From the human T2T-CHM13v2.0 reference genome, Homo sapiens: a stretch of DNA of 64,000 nt. Below, piece after piece: positions 14,420 to 27,889 of the stretch. The stretch lies in assembly GCF_009914755.1 (NCBI RefSeq), contig NC_060937.1; one strand, 5' to 3'. The position numbers were made by a program, and so were the translations under genes. Each line of letters opens with the position of its first letter. Positions within the stretch are counted from its first letter, which is position 1. The notes under the pieces are model-generated. The model saw only the letters and a list, made by a program, of their open reading frames with translations, did no database searches and was not told where the DNA came from.

Positions 14420-15292
14420 TGTGCCAAGAAGAGTCCAGGGTCTGAGATTTTATCCTGATTGCAAAAGCACAGGGTTATTGGATGTTGGTAGTAAATGTGA
14501 AAGTCATTGTTCAGAGAAAAAGAATCATTCATCACTCACAGCAATAGCAATAGCCAGAGTAACATCGTGTTGGTTCCTTAAGCCAAAATTTCCAAATGGA
14601 AAGAGGTTAGCTGATGCTTAGCACAAACAGTGGGTTGTATTACAGGAGAGAATCTCTGCTATGGACAGTATGTTTCTGTCCCCTCAAAATTTACATATTA
14701 AAAATCTAACCCCCAATATGATCGTATTAAGAGATGGGGACTTTGGGATGTAATTAGGTCACAAAAGTAGAGCTCTTATGAGTGGGAGTAGTGCCTTTAT
14801 TAAAAGACTAAAGAGAACTTACTTTCTCTCTCTTTGCTCTCCGTCATGTGAGGGTATAAGAAAAAGACAGCTATCTGCAAACCAGAAAGTGGGCCCTCAC
14901 TGGACACTAGATCTACTGGCACCTTAATCTCATACTTCCAAGCCTCTGGAAACCTGAGCAATAAATATTTGCTGTTTAAGCCACACAGTATATGACATAT
15001 TTGTTATAGCAGCCCAAATTTACTATGACAAACCCTTGAACTTAGGAAACCTCAGACTTTTAAAGGATTTACTAGTAAACTGTTGCCAACCTTTGCCACA
15101 GATGGAGATATTATCTTTATTATGCTAGAGAGCAAACAAATCATCTCTCTTCCCTAGAGAGAGGTATTATCTTTATTGTTCAGAGCTGTTTGCTATACAA
15201 ATATTATTTAAAAGATGGTATAGAATAAAAATATCATCCATGCCTTTGCTTAGAAAACATGCATAAATGGACCTGAGAATAGTTTCTTGTTA
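14420..15292 (-). mobile_element. LTR40-like LTR (ERVL class), interrupted by MLT1A
   Basis: gggtctgagattttatcctgattgcaa, cagtgggttgtattacaggagag | aacccttgaacttaggaaacc, gctgtttgctatacaaatatt...aaaagatggt match antisense LTR40 as recalled. Confidence 0.8.
14657..15030 (+). mobile_element. MLT1A0-like solo LTR inserted into LTR40
   Basis: tgctatggacagtatgtttctgtcccctcaaaatt...aataaatatttgctgtttaagccac...ttgttatagcagccc...tgaca. Confidence 0.92.
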
Positions 15293-15342
15293 TACTTAAT
15301 GCTTGTTTCTGTATGGAGTTGACTTTGAATAATTTTTTCTAC

Positions 15343-15780
15343 TTATATATACTCATCAACCATTATGATTAAGCTTAGCAACATATTCTTAGTTAGAAAC
15401 CTTTGTGTTTTGCACCATTTAATAAAATCTACTATCAACAGGTTTAAATTAACAGAATGGGCCCAAATTCCAGTTAACCATGCCTCTTGAAGTCCAAGAG
15501 GAGAGGACAAAATGTCCATAAACAATCAAAATAAACCTTAGAAGGCTGGGTGGTTTCTCCTTAAGTTTCTGTATGTAATTTTCCATTTTGCCCAAGTCAA
15601 TAATCCAGGTACAGCATTATATGGTAGTGATTACACAGACTTCAACTTGGCCCCTAGAATAAGTGTAGGGCACTTCCATTATACATAACTACTTGGTTCA
15701 GTGAATTAAGTCTGATCTTAGTGCTTTCCAGGGTGAGGTGGTTTTCTTTAAACACATTCATGTCACTTATGGTGACCCCT
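15343..15780 (-). pseudogene. env: Retroviral env transmembrane (TM) subunit remnant, probably from the LTR40-associated internal region
   Basis: Manual minus-strand translation: LNSLNQVVMYNGSALH (ISD-like, 15710-15663), frameshift, QVEVCVITTI*CCTWIIDLGKMENYIQKLKEK (CX6CC at 15637-15611), then SKVYFDCLW / DILSSPLGLQEAWLTGIW...LLIVDFIKWC. Confidence 0.85.
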
Positions 15781-15861
15781 TAAGTATAAGTAACCCTGTT
15801 TGGGAGAGAAATACAAGTAAAATTATAAATTCCAAGAAAGAGGTACAATCCTAAAGATGTG

Positions 15862-18260
15862 TGATATGGGTTAGTGTCCCCACCCAAATCACATGTCAAG
15901 TTGTAATCCTCAGTGTTGGAGGAAGAGCCTAGAGGGAGGTGATTGGCTCACGGGGCAAGACTTCCCCCTTGCTGTTCCCATGATAGTGAACGAGTTATCA
16001 TGAGATCTGGTTGTTTAAAAGTGTGTAGCACTTCCCCCTCCACTCTCTCTCTCCTGATCCACCATGTGCAGATATGTCTGCTTCCCATTCACCTTCCACC
16101 ATGCTTGTAAGTTTCCTGAGGCCACCCCAGCTATGCCTCCTGCATAGCCTGCAGAACTGTACATCAATTATACCTCTTTTCTTTATAAATTACCCACTCT
16201 CAGGTAGTTATTTATAGCAGTGCAAGAACGAACTAATATAGAAAATTGGTACTGGCATTGGGCATTTCTATAAAGATTACAAAATGTGGAAGTAGCTTTG
16301 GAACTGGGTAACAGGCAGAGGTTGGAACAGTTTGGAGGGATCAGAAGAAGACAGGAAGATGTGGGAAAGCTTGGAGCTTCCTAGAGACATGTTAAGTTGT
16401 TGTGACCAGAATGCTGATAGTGATATGGATAAGGAAGTCCAGGCTGAGGTGGTCTGGTCTGAGATGGAGATGAGGAACCTACTGGGAAGTGGAATAAGGG
16501 TCACTTTTTCTATGCATTAGCAAAGAGACTGGCATCACTGTACACCTGTCCTAGAGATCTGTGGAACTTTTTACTTGAGAGAGATGATTTAGGGTATCTG
16601 GTGAAATAAATTTCTAAGCAGCAAAGTGATCAAGAAGGGGTCTGGCTGCTTCTAACAATATATGCTTATATTTGTGAGCAAAGAGATGATCTGAAACTGA
16701 AAGTTATATTTAAAAGGGAAGCAGAGAGTGAAAGTTTTGAAATTTGCAACCTGGCCATGTGGTAGTAAAGAAATATCCCTGTTTAGGGGAGGAATTCAAA
16801 CTGGCTGCATAAATATGCAAAAGTAAAGAGGAGCTCAATGTCAACAGCCAAGACAATATAAGCAATGCCTAGAAGGCATTTTAGAGACCATCCTGGCAGC
16901 CCCTCCCATTACAGGTCCTGAGGACTAGGAGGGAAAAATGGTTTCCTGGGCCAGACCCAGGGTCATGCTGCCCTGCCCAACCTCAGGGCACTGGTCTCTA
17001 TGTCTGAACTGCTCTAGCTCCACCTGTGGCTACAAGAGCCCCAGACATATCACAGGCTGCTGCTCCAGAAGGTGCAAGCCACAAGCCTTGGAAGCTTCCA
17101 CATGGTGTTAAGCCTGAAGGTGTGCAAAGAATAAGAGTTGAGGATTGGGATCCTCCTTCTATATTTCAGAGGATGTATGGAAACACCTAGATATCCAGGA
17201 AGAAGTCTGCTGCAGGGGTGGAGCCCTCATGGAGAAACTCAACTAGGGTAGTGAAGAGGGGAAACGTGGGGCTGGGCCCCCAGACAGAGTCTCCACTGGG
17301 GTACTGCCTACTGCAGCTGTAAGAAGAGGGCCACAGTCCTTCAGACCCCAGAATGGTAGCTCCATCAACAGCTTGCATTATGCACTTGAAAAAGCCATAG
17401 TCACTCAATGACAGCCTGTGAAAGCAGCTGAGGGGGCTGTACCATGCAGAGCCACAAGAGCAGAGCTATCCAAGGCCTTGGCAGCCCACACCTTGCATTA
17501 GTGTGGTCTGGATGTAAGACAGGAATTCAAAGGATATTATTTTGGAGCTGTAAGACGTAATGACTGCCATGCTGGGTTTTGGATTTGCACGAGGCCTGTA
17601 GCCCCTTTGTTTTGGCCAGTTTCTCCCTTTTGGAATGAGGACATTTACTCGATGCCTGTACCACCACTGTATCTTGGAAGTAACTAACTTGTTTTTTATT
17701 TTCAGTGCTCATAGGTGAAACAAACATGCCTTGTCTCAGATGAGACTTTGGACTTGCCCTTATGAATTAATATTGGAATGAGTTAAAACTCTGGGGGACT
17801 GTTAGAAAGGCATGATTTTGTTTTGAAATGTGAAAAGGACATGAAATTTGGGAGGGGTGAGAGGTGGAATAATATGGTTTGGCTCTGTGTCCCCACTAAA
17901 GTCTGATTTTGACTTATAATCCTCAATGTTGGAGGAGGAGCCTAGTGGGAGGTAATTGTGTCATGAGGGCAAATGGCAAGTGTTCCCCTTGCTGCCTTCA
18001 TGCTAGTGAGTGAGGTCCCACAACATGTGGTTGTTTAAAAGTGTGTAGCACTTCCCCATTTACTCCCTGTCTATTGTTCTGCCATGTGAAAATGTGCCTG
18101 CTTCCCCTTCACCTTCCACCATGATTATATGTTTCCTGAGGCTTCCCCTGCCATGCTTCCTGTACAGCCTGTGAAACTATGCATTAATTAAACCTCTTTT
18201 CTTCATAAATTACCCAGTCTCAGGTAATTCTTTATAGCAATGTGAGAACAGACTAATACA
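15862..18260 (+). mobile_element. Complete MSTA-like MaLR element: LTR 15862-16240, internal 16241-17869, LTR 17870-18260
   Basis: Two similar LTRs, internal start gaaaattggtac, polypurine tract gggaggggtgagaggtggaa, 5-bp flanks atgtg / atctg; ORF 16332..16520 (EGSEEDRKMWESLELPRD) is typical MaLR internal coding remnant. Confidence 0.95.
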
Positions 18261-18265
18261 ATCTG

Positions 18266-18690
18266 CCAAATATCTTTGGAAAGAACCTGTCTGCAATTTT
18301 TGGAGTCTGAAATAGGACCTACAGCCAATAATACCAGCTGATGTGTTGACCTTATGGTTCACAGTCTAGTTCAAATAATTAACTGTAGTTCTTCCTTCCT
18401 GGAGTTGTTGCTTAAGGGCAGTCAATTCAGTGTGTCCTAGTTGTAAACCAGATTATATTCCTCTGCCTCAAGTAAAGATTGAAAATAAGATTGGGAAAGG
18501 CATTGAGAGGGGTTGACTGGTGTGCATGGGAGGTGCAGTTGCTGGCACCATTCTCTGTTGCTTCAGATAGGCTTCTTGGTAATGTTCATGAAAATACACA
18601 AATAGTAATTGAGTTCCTCTACAATTTGAAGTGTCCTAGCACACTCAGCTTTCTATTCAAAGTGGCTGAGTTTGGAATATAGAGAGAACA
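18266..18690 (-). pseudogene. Probable continuation of the env remnant (SU part) beyond the MSTA insertion
   Basis: Minus strand reads YYWL*VLFQTPKIADRFFPKIFGR next to the insertion site, loosely like the C-terminal SU pattern YWLCG..AY..LP..W.G.C; contiguous with the TM part once MSTA is removed. Confidence 0.4.
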
Positions 18691-19638
18691 AAATTTAGAG
18701 AATTAATGCCTTACAAATAATCTGGTTTTTTTAAAGGAATTTTTCTGTTTTTAATCTTATTGATTTATGAATAATAAAAAACTTTCCATACAAGCCAATT
18801 GTCAAATATGAGGTTTACACATATTTTTTCAAGTGTGGGCATCCTAGTCTTTCATTTTTTTAAGAATGTATTTCAAAAATTTTTTAAATTTTTTGAAGTA
18901 AATTTTACCAATTCTTTCTTTAATGATTCATTGATTCTTGAGTATTATTTAAGATATAGCTGCATAATTATGTGATAAATATTTTTTCATATAGTTTCTT
19001 CTGAAAGTTTGAGGTTTTAGCTTTTATGTTTATTTCTATGATACATTTCAAGTTAATTTTTTTCTGTCATGTGTAAGGTAAGATATAAGATTCTTTTACC
19101 CCATATGACATACAAATATTTCATTATCACTTGTTGAAAAAATTGTCATTTCTCAATTGAATTACATTGACCACCCTGTGGAAAATTGACCAGATGACTG
19201 TGTATTTATTTCTGGGTGATTTTATCCTTTTCAGATTGAACTTCTCATCTCTCTGTTCACTCCATTAAATAGTACACATTAAGATTTTTATATCCCTGTA
19301 GGTCCCCTTTTCATAATTTCAATAAATGGAATCTTATAATCTATTAACTTTCAAACTGGCTTATTGACTTGAGTAAAATAATTAAATTTATCCATGCTGT
19401 ATGAATTAGCTGCTTGTTCTTTTCATATCACTAAATAGCAGTCTATTGCATGGGTGTAAAACAGTTTGTTTATTCATTCACTTGTTTAAAAACATCTTGG
19501 TCGCTTTCAGGTTTTGACACCTATGAATTAAGCTGCTATAAATATTTAAAAGCAAGTTTTTAATGAGAACATATGTTTTCAGTTCACTTGAACAAATGCC
19601 AGTAAATGGAATTGCTAGGTCTGTGTTTAACTTCATGA

Positions 19639-20061
<423 letters not shown>

Positions 20062-20986
20062 TAGACCTCTGATAGGTATATAGGGGTGTTGCACTATGAT
20101 TTCACAATAATGATGATGAATATTGAGGATATTTTAATGTGTGTTTTTGTAATTTGTAAACTCTTTGTTGGAGTGGCATTTCCTTTACTATGTCCTCATT
20201 GGGTTGTTGGTTCTTATTATTGAATGTAAAATGTTATTTTAGTATTTTGTATACAAGTTATTAATCTGATATAGAATTTGCAAATATTTTGTTCCAGTCT
20301 GTGACTTGTCTTTTCATTTTCCTAACACTATTATTCACAAAATAAAGTTTTTAATTTAATCAAGTTTAATTTATAATATTTTCTTTTCTTAACTTATGCT
20401 TATTGTTTTAGGTCTAAATCTTTAGTAGTAAACTAAGATTGACATTATTTTATACTATATTTTCTTCTAGAAATTTTATAATTTTGAATTTTAAATTTGA
20501 GTTATATTTTAATACAAATCATGTTACACAATTATACTTTTTATATGTGGTATGTAGTATGCATTGAGGTTCAATTATTTTTCCACGTATGGATATCCTA
20601 TTTTGTAGCACATTTTTTAAAAAAGATTAACCTTTTTCCATTGAATTGCCTTTACATCTTTGTCAAAAGTAAGTTATTTATATTCGTGTGGATTTACTGA
20701 TGGGTTCAGTACTTTGTTTCATTGATCTGCCTGTATATACTTTTGCAATGCCATACAACCTTGATTACTTTAGCATTATCGTAAGTATTAAAACTGGAAA
20801 TTTTGAATTATCTAACTCTGTTTTTGTTCATCAGAAATTTTTATTCTACTTATTTTGGCCATCTATATACACTTTAGAATTAGTTTGTAGATACTACAGG
20901 AAAGTTAAAGATAATTTTGATAGGTAAATCTATACATAAAATTAGGATTGACTGACAGTCTAATAATATTAGCCTTCTATTACTTG

Positions 20987-21279
20987 TTTTTTTTTTTGAG
21001 ACAGAATCTCACAGCAATGCTCAGGCTAGAGTACAATGGCACAATCTTGGCTCACTGCAACCTCTGCCTCCTGGGTTCAAGTGATTCTCCTGTCTCAGCT
21101 TCCTGAGTAGCTGGGACTACAGGTGTGTGCCACCACACCTGGCTGATTTTTGTATTTTTAGTAGAGACAGGGCTTCACCATATTGGCCAGGCTGGTCTCC
21201 AACTCCTGACCGCAAGTGATCTGCTTGCCTCAGCCTCCCAAAGTGCTGGGATTACAGGCGTGAGCCACCACAACCAGCC
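20987..21279 (-). mobile_element. AluS SINE
   Basis: T tail, antisense Alu body to gtgagccaccacaaccagcc. Confidence 0.96.
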
Positions 21280-23586
21280 GTAATTTACTTTTATATGTTG
21301 ACCTTGTGGGCTGAGACAAAGTAAAGTCACTTATTGATTTTAGTTTTTGTTTTTCCTTAGTTATTTTTTATATTCTCCATAGATTCTACATTGCTACAAA
21401 TAAAGACAGTTTTATTTATTCCTTTGCAGTGTGTGTGTATATCTTTTATTTCTGTTTCTTGCCTTACTGCATTAACTAGTACTTCCAGTGTGATGCTGAA
21501 TAGGAATGATAGAGATAATCCCATCTTTGTCTTGTTCCTCCTAGTCTTAGGGAAGAAAACACAGAATTTTACCATTAAGCATGATGTTAGTTGTAGGTTT
21601 TTCATCAATAAACTTTGATAGAATTAAAGAAGTTCTCTTTTATTCCTAGTTTGTTGAGGTTTTTATTATAGACATTGAATTTTGTCTTTTTTTCCTTCAC
21701 ATCTTAATACAGCCATTTTTTTTCTTAAATTTCTAAAATGGTGAATTGCATTGACTGATATTTGAATGTTGACAAATCTCTTTTAAATGGCATGTTTATC
21801 TTGTTCATGTTTATAATGATCATAAATATGGTTAGATTATAATCTTCCATATCACTATTTTCTTTTCTTATTAGTCTTTTCTGCCTTCTCTTATTTTAAT
21901 TGATTTTGTTTAAGTTTCTACTGCTCTCATATATTTAATTGTGATAGGTGCATTTTTAAAAGTTTTTAAAACTTGATGTTATAATAGTGTTTATAAAGTC
22001 ATCAAAGTTAATATTTGTTTGTTTCATGTGTATTATAAGGCCCTTATGACAGATTAGTCACCATTCTTTCCTCCAATCTCTAATGTCATGTTTATTTTTA
22101 CATACACTATAAATACCCAAAACATATTTATTACTGTTGCTTCCAACATCCTGTTTTCTTTTAAAGAATGTAAAGTAAGAATATTCCCTTAATTTATTCA
22201 ATTTCTGATTTTGTTCATTTCTTTCCTTTCCAGATTCTGACCTGTAAAATATTTATTCTGCTTTAAGAATGTTTTATTATTTGCAGCACATATACCCTAA
22301 CAATTAATTTCATCAATTTTTTGCATAGGAAAGTCTTCATTTTTCTTATACTTTTGCAGGATATTTTCACTGAATATGGAATTTGAAGTTGGCATAGTGT
22401 AGTTTCTTCCTTTAATACTTTAAACATGTCACTTCACTGTGTTCTTGCTTATACTGTTTTTAATGAGAATTTGGCTTTAATTCTAATCCTTGTTTCTCTT
22501 CTATAGGTGAGATGTTTTGGTTTGGTTTTGTTGTGTTGTGTTTTTTCTCTGTGGCCTTTAAAATTTTCTTTTAACCTTGATCTCAGTAGTTTAGATATGA
22601 TATGCCTAGGGTTGTGTTTGTGTGTGTGTGTGCATGCATGTATATGTTGGAGGGGATACACTTTATCCTACATTGTGTTTTCTGAGCTTTCTGGAGTAGT
22701 GGTTTCTTCTCTGCCATGAATATTTGAAGTTATCCACTATTATTTCCTCACATATGTCTCTTGCACCATTCTCTTTGTATTCCCTTTGTAAAATTTCAAC
22801 CACATATATGCTGCAATTTTTGATATTTTCATACGTATTTTGGATGTTCTGTTATATTTTAACATAGTTTATTTTCCATTCTTTTTTTCTTTGCCTTTTA
22901 GATTGGGTAATTTCTATTGATTTGTCGTCAAGCTCACTCACTTTTCCCTGACTGTGGCAAGTCTACTAATGAACCCATAGACATATTTTTCGTTTACATT
23001 AGTTTGATTTTTATTTTAAAATTCCAATAAATTATTTCTTAAAGTTTCTATCTCTGTTGATAGGGGGAAGAACATGAGATATTTCATTCTTGGCTTTTAG
23101 TGTAATAATTTTTGTTATTTTGTTACTTTTGATATGTTTAAATTTTATTGTTGCTATGGTTACTAGAGGTGAAGTTTATTGCTAGGATGAGCACCAAAGG
23201 ATTCAAATTTCTTTAGTAAAGCACTGTTTTAGTCTCAGTTTGGGGTCTATGTCCTTCCTTACTGTTCCTTCCCAATGAGAATCAGTCCCTTGAATCACTC
23301 TTTCCTGTATTCTCCACTAATTCTACTCAAAGCTTTTTAGTATCATTAAAAGGAGTCGGTAGAGAGTTTGGTTCTCTGATGTTCTTAGCTTTGCACTGTG
23401 GCCTGTATTGCAATCTGGGTTTCAACAGCATGCCTTTCAAAAAAATTTATTCTCCTACTTCAGTGTTGCATCACCTTTCCCCTCCTCCTGATTTTTTCCT
23501 TGCTGCTGGGGTTTATTCACCAGTGTCCTCAGTCTCAGGTTTTTTGCATCCTTTTTCCTGGCACATTAAAACTTTGTTACTTAGAA

Positions 23587-23767
23587 CAGGGGTTCCCAAC
23601 CCGGGACCCAGGCCACAGACGGGTACTAGTCCATAGCCTGTTAGGAACTAGGCCATACAACAGGAGGTGAGCAGTGGGCAAGCAAGCAAAACTTCATCTG
23701 TATTTACAGCTGCTCCCTATCGCTGGCATTACCACCTGAGCTCCACCTTGTTTCACATCAGCAGCGT
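23587..23767 (+). mobile_element. MER1A-like (hAT-Charlie) left portion
   Basis: caggggttcccaaccc terminus, gcctgttaggaact, cttcatctgtatttacagctgctccc; no right terminal repeat seen. Confidence 0.85.
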
Positions 23768-24759
23768 GCTTATGGACTGTAGTTTACATTGATGGGTTTT
23801 TTCTTTCAATGATTTTGAAATTATACTTTATTTCTAGCATCTATTAACTTAATATATTTTAGCCTGTTTCCATAGTTATCAATATCATAACTGAACCAAT
23901 TATTTTGTCTCAACATACATTTAAAAAGGGATTTAATTTTTGGATAATCCTTCACCCTCCCTGATAGTCGGTCTTGTCTACAAAAAAATTAATAATATAT
24001 TTATATATTTAATACTACTTTAAAGAAGAAGACTTTGTCTTCTGGATATTTTGGGGAAGCTTCATTTATTCTATTTATCTCATTTGAAATTTGTGGTCCT
24101 ATATCTAAGAGGACATCCTTATATTTAACTTCAGATTTATTCACCGTTTAGTTGTTTTAACTATGTTGGTATTTCACTCAATAACTATACATATTTTCAC
24201 TATATATTATTGTCAGATTTATGCCATTGTATTTGTACATGTTTATATTTATAATTTGAGATTCTAAATATGTTAGCATATATTTTGATTGTCTTTAACA
24301 TGAATAGAAACGTGACTCAATATAAACTTTTTATCTTAACATAAACAGCTTTTTATCTGAAAGCCTATAGATTATCTTGTGGTGCTTTCATTTTTTAGTG
24401 GGTTTAACGACAAAATTGATTTTTATATTTTCATAAATCATTTGGTTTTTGGTATCAATTTAGTGTGATTTCTATCTCATAATTTAATAAGTCTCATTTA
24501 CAATACGTTTACTTTACAATTAAGTTTCTTTGATATTTATGTCTTGAATATTTTGAGATTTTCTTTCACTTTATCACTGAATTTTGACCAAATTCTACCC
24601 ATTCTCCATTCTACCTTAATGCAATATGTAATTAATAGGAAATAAATATTACCTTTTTTATTTATAATATTATATATCTTTTTAAATTGATCTCTCAATT
24701 CATCAAGTATCTCCTATTTTTCACTTATCTGCAAGCAGCAGTGTGGCTAAATTTCCAAC

Positions 24760-25524
24760 CACTAAATAATAATCATTTCCCATAATACAGTTTGCAATAA
24801 GATTTTTCTCATATTCATATAAACCATAAACTGCCATGTCCTCAAATTCTTAGATGCTACTGACGGTCTGTTCAGGTGAATGAAGGCTTTCACTAATGAT
24901 TCCCTGAAAGTTCTTCCAGCTCGTACTCACTCCTTCATTCTAAAGCCATGCCCACGTTTTAGACTACTACTTAATAGTAACAAAATGTATATTTGTTATC
25001 TACTGATATATTACAAATACCTAAAAACAACCCTAGGGCTTTAACAACAAATATTTATTATCTAACAGTTTTTGTTGTTCAGGAATGCAGAACTCATTTA
25101 ACTGCACATCTCTGATTCAAGGACTACCAAAAAGTAGAAGTTAACTTACCAGTTGGGGTTGCAATTTTACCTGAAGGCTTGATTGTAGAAGGATAAATAT
25201 CCAAGCTTATTCACATAGTTGTTGCTGAACCTTTGTTCTTTGCCATGTCTCCTCTCCTCAGTGCAATCTAACAACATGGTGGCTGGTATCACACACACAA
25301 GGTCAGTAATACGAGACAGACTGAGACAGCAAGCACAATCAAGACAGACTGCAGCCTTTTGTAACCTACTCTTAGTAGTAACATTCCAATACTCCTGTCA
25401 TATTCTACTCATTAGAAGAAAGTCAAGAAATTTAGCTTATATTCAAAAGGACAAGATTACACAAAGTTGTGAATACCAGTAGCCAGAAATTATTGGATGA
25501 GCATTTTAGAAGCTACCTGCCACA
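24760..25524 (-). mobile_element. MLT1F-like LTR (24986-25524) with adjacent MLT1 internal fragment
   Basis: aacaacaaatatttattatctaacagttttt...caggaat, gcagccttttgtaacctactctt, tcatattctactcattagaag, gctacctgccaca end. Confidence 0.8.
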
Positions 25525-25929
25525 GATAGAAATTTCTAATGGTATAGACACTTTCTCCACACCCTGCAACACTCAGTGAAACAATATTCTTCCAGCTGTT
25601 ATTTATCTAAAACAATCTTATTCTTTTTCAGTTATAAAAGTACAAGTATGCTACTAATCACAACTCAATCCCAAGTTATAGAAATTTATCTTAGATTTTT
25701 GAGTATGTGAAGTTTCAAAATTGCAGAATTGATTAGTTTCCCATTTTTATTGTGTATGCATTGCTATTTTATGGAGAAGAAAGTAGGTAAATTATCAATT
25801 GTTTCCTATTGTTTTGGAGCATTTAAACTAAACAATTTCTACCATTATGGGCTCAGTTATGTGATTATAGTATTTCGTTCTATAGTTAAACATATTTTCA
25901 TGAAGTTATGATGAAATTTATCTAATTCA

Positions 25930-26310
25930 TCACAATCTTCAAAAATCTATTCAAAAATCTATTGTTGATTTCTTAACAGCTTTACCTGGTGTGATGTCAT
26001 CTGCTAATTTAATGAGCAGTCTGACTTTTTTCTTTTTTTGCTATTAGACTTCTAGGAAAATATATAAACAACTTCTCTTGGTTCAACTATTTTGATACCT
26101 TTTAAATATATTGCCTGAGCTTGACAGGGTCATTGACTATTACCATTTGGGTGTGATTCTCCTGTACACATTCTACAATTTATCAAGAATGTTGATGAGA
26201 ATACCATGTGAGATGATGCCAAAAGGTCTTAGTCAAATGCAGATTTATTAGAGTTTTTTTCTTTCTCATTATCTAAGAAGTCTGTCATCCTGTCATCCTG
26301 CATGAGCAAT
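25930..26310 (-). mobile_element. CR1/L3 LINE reverse-transcriptase fragment
   Basis: Minus strand LLIKLADDI (FADD-type catalytic motif, ~26019-25993) and LINLHLTKTF/GIISHGILIN (like IYLDFSKAFDTVSHDIL, ~26250-26190). Confidence 0.7.
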
Positions 26311-27889
26311 GCTTTCAAGTTGAATGAATTTGAGATAGAAAGAACAAATATGCTGCCACTTACCATTCTTTATAAAAGCTTGACTAATACTTAATGCTGA
26401 ATGTAGTGGAAGAATTGCTGACATGAACTATTTTCACCTTGTGAAGCCTAATTCTTATTCTACTTTTTTTCTTTGTCTTTAGTGCAGATTGAGAATAAAA
26501 TCTTCACTGAAGGGGTATAAAATTTACGGTTCCCTAAGCAAAAGGTGGTGGCCATAAATTTTTTTCTCATTACTCTTTCTGTTCCAATATCCTGGTCACT
26601 TACATCTGTGAATGCATTATACCTTCAGTATGACACATATTGGTTTTCTTGTTTGACAGCTATAGCTGACAGATGAGGACATTCTAGAGATCATTCAAGG
26701 GCTGATGCCCATAGGTGAGGCTGAGAGGTAAGTATGTAGAAGTTGTTTCATATTTCTATTAGAGACCATGAAAACAACCACTAACCTAGATTTGTAATAT
26801 TCCGTTTTTCCACCATTGTAATGGACAACCTAATTATTAATATAAACTGATCTTTTGCAGAACACCTAACACACATTTAAAAAGACAGAGTTCTAATTTT
26901 TTATTCTTTCATATTCACCCAAGTTAAATAATTTTATGGCTTGCCAAATCAGACAGACACTATTCACTGTCAAAAATCTGATTGGAAATTATATTTGAAA
27001 GCAGTATTGGCAATACATAGTAATTCATAGTCCGAGGATATTTCCATAACAAATTTACATAAATTCCTTTCTTAAAAACCATAGTTTAGATAACATTCAA
27101 TTTTTAAAAATATATATGTATTTGTTTTCTCAGAATAACATGAGACTTTTGATTAATGGCTTATTTGTTAGTTTTTCATATAGCTTTATCATATCTCAAT
27201 AAGCTTTTTCTTTAAAGCCTAATTCATACTTTTTCAGTAGAAGTCTACTATTTTGTATTTCTTCCTTGGCATAGAACATTTACATCTATTTTGAACACCT
27301 TTTATTTACATAACAATTTTCAATTTTTTATTTTAGATAACTCCAATATTAATTATGCTTAACTAAATATGTATCTTTGTATGTAGATGTATAAGGAGCT
27401 ATGTATGACCTTCTATTAATTTGCACTTTCACTGAGAAAAGAATTATCTGGCCTCCAAACTTACAAGAGAAACACAGTAAGCTTTTGGCCATAAATTATA
27501 AATTATAAAGTTTAATTTTTATATAATCATATTAGATTCATGACTATGGGTTTCATACTTTATTTGCCCAATGTCTTGCCTAAAAAATGTGTAAGAAGTA
27601 GAGTTAATATGTTGAAACATGTTAATAGTAGTATAAAAGATAATGTTAAGAAATTTTTATAAACAAAAATGAAAGAATATGTAACATAACTAAAAATAAG
27701 TGTCCATACCAAAAGTACTATTTTGATTATAAGTAACAGTTATTCTACTAATTTTCATAGAAGTAAGGAGATATACTATTTTATTACAAATATTTTTTGT
27801 TTAGCATCAGCTATAAGTTATAGAACACACTACTATTAATAGATTAAAATTTCTATTTAATAGAATTGAAAGAAAAAGAATAAACCTGT

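Noticed and set aside
15343-15780. env remnant as a functional, syncytin-like gene
   Set aside because: Stop codon within CX6CC, several frameshifts, no visible furin site and a 2.4-kb insertion
16332-16520. Acidic 62-aa ORF as a host gene
   Set aside because: It is the standard MaLR internal ORF remnant within MSTA
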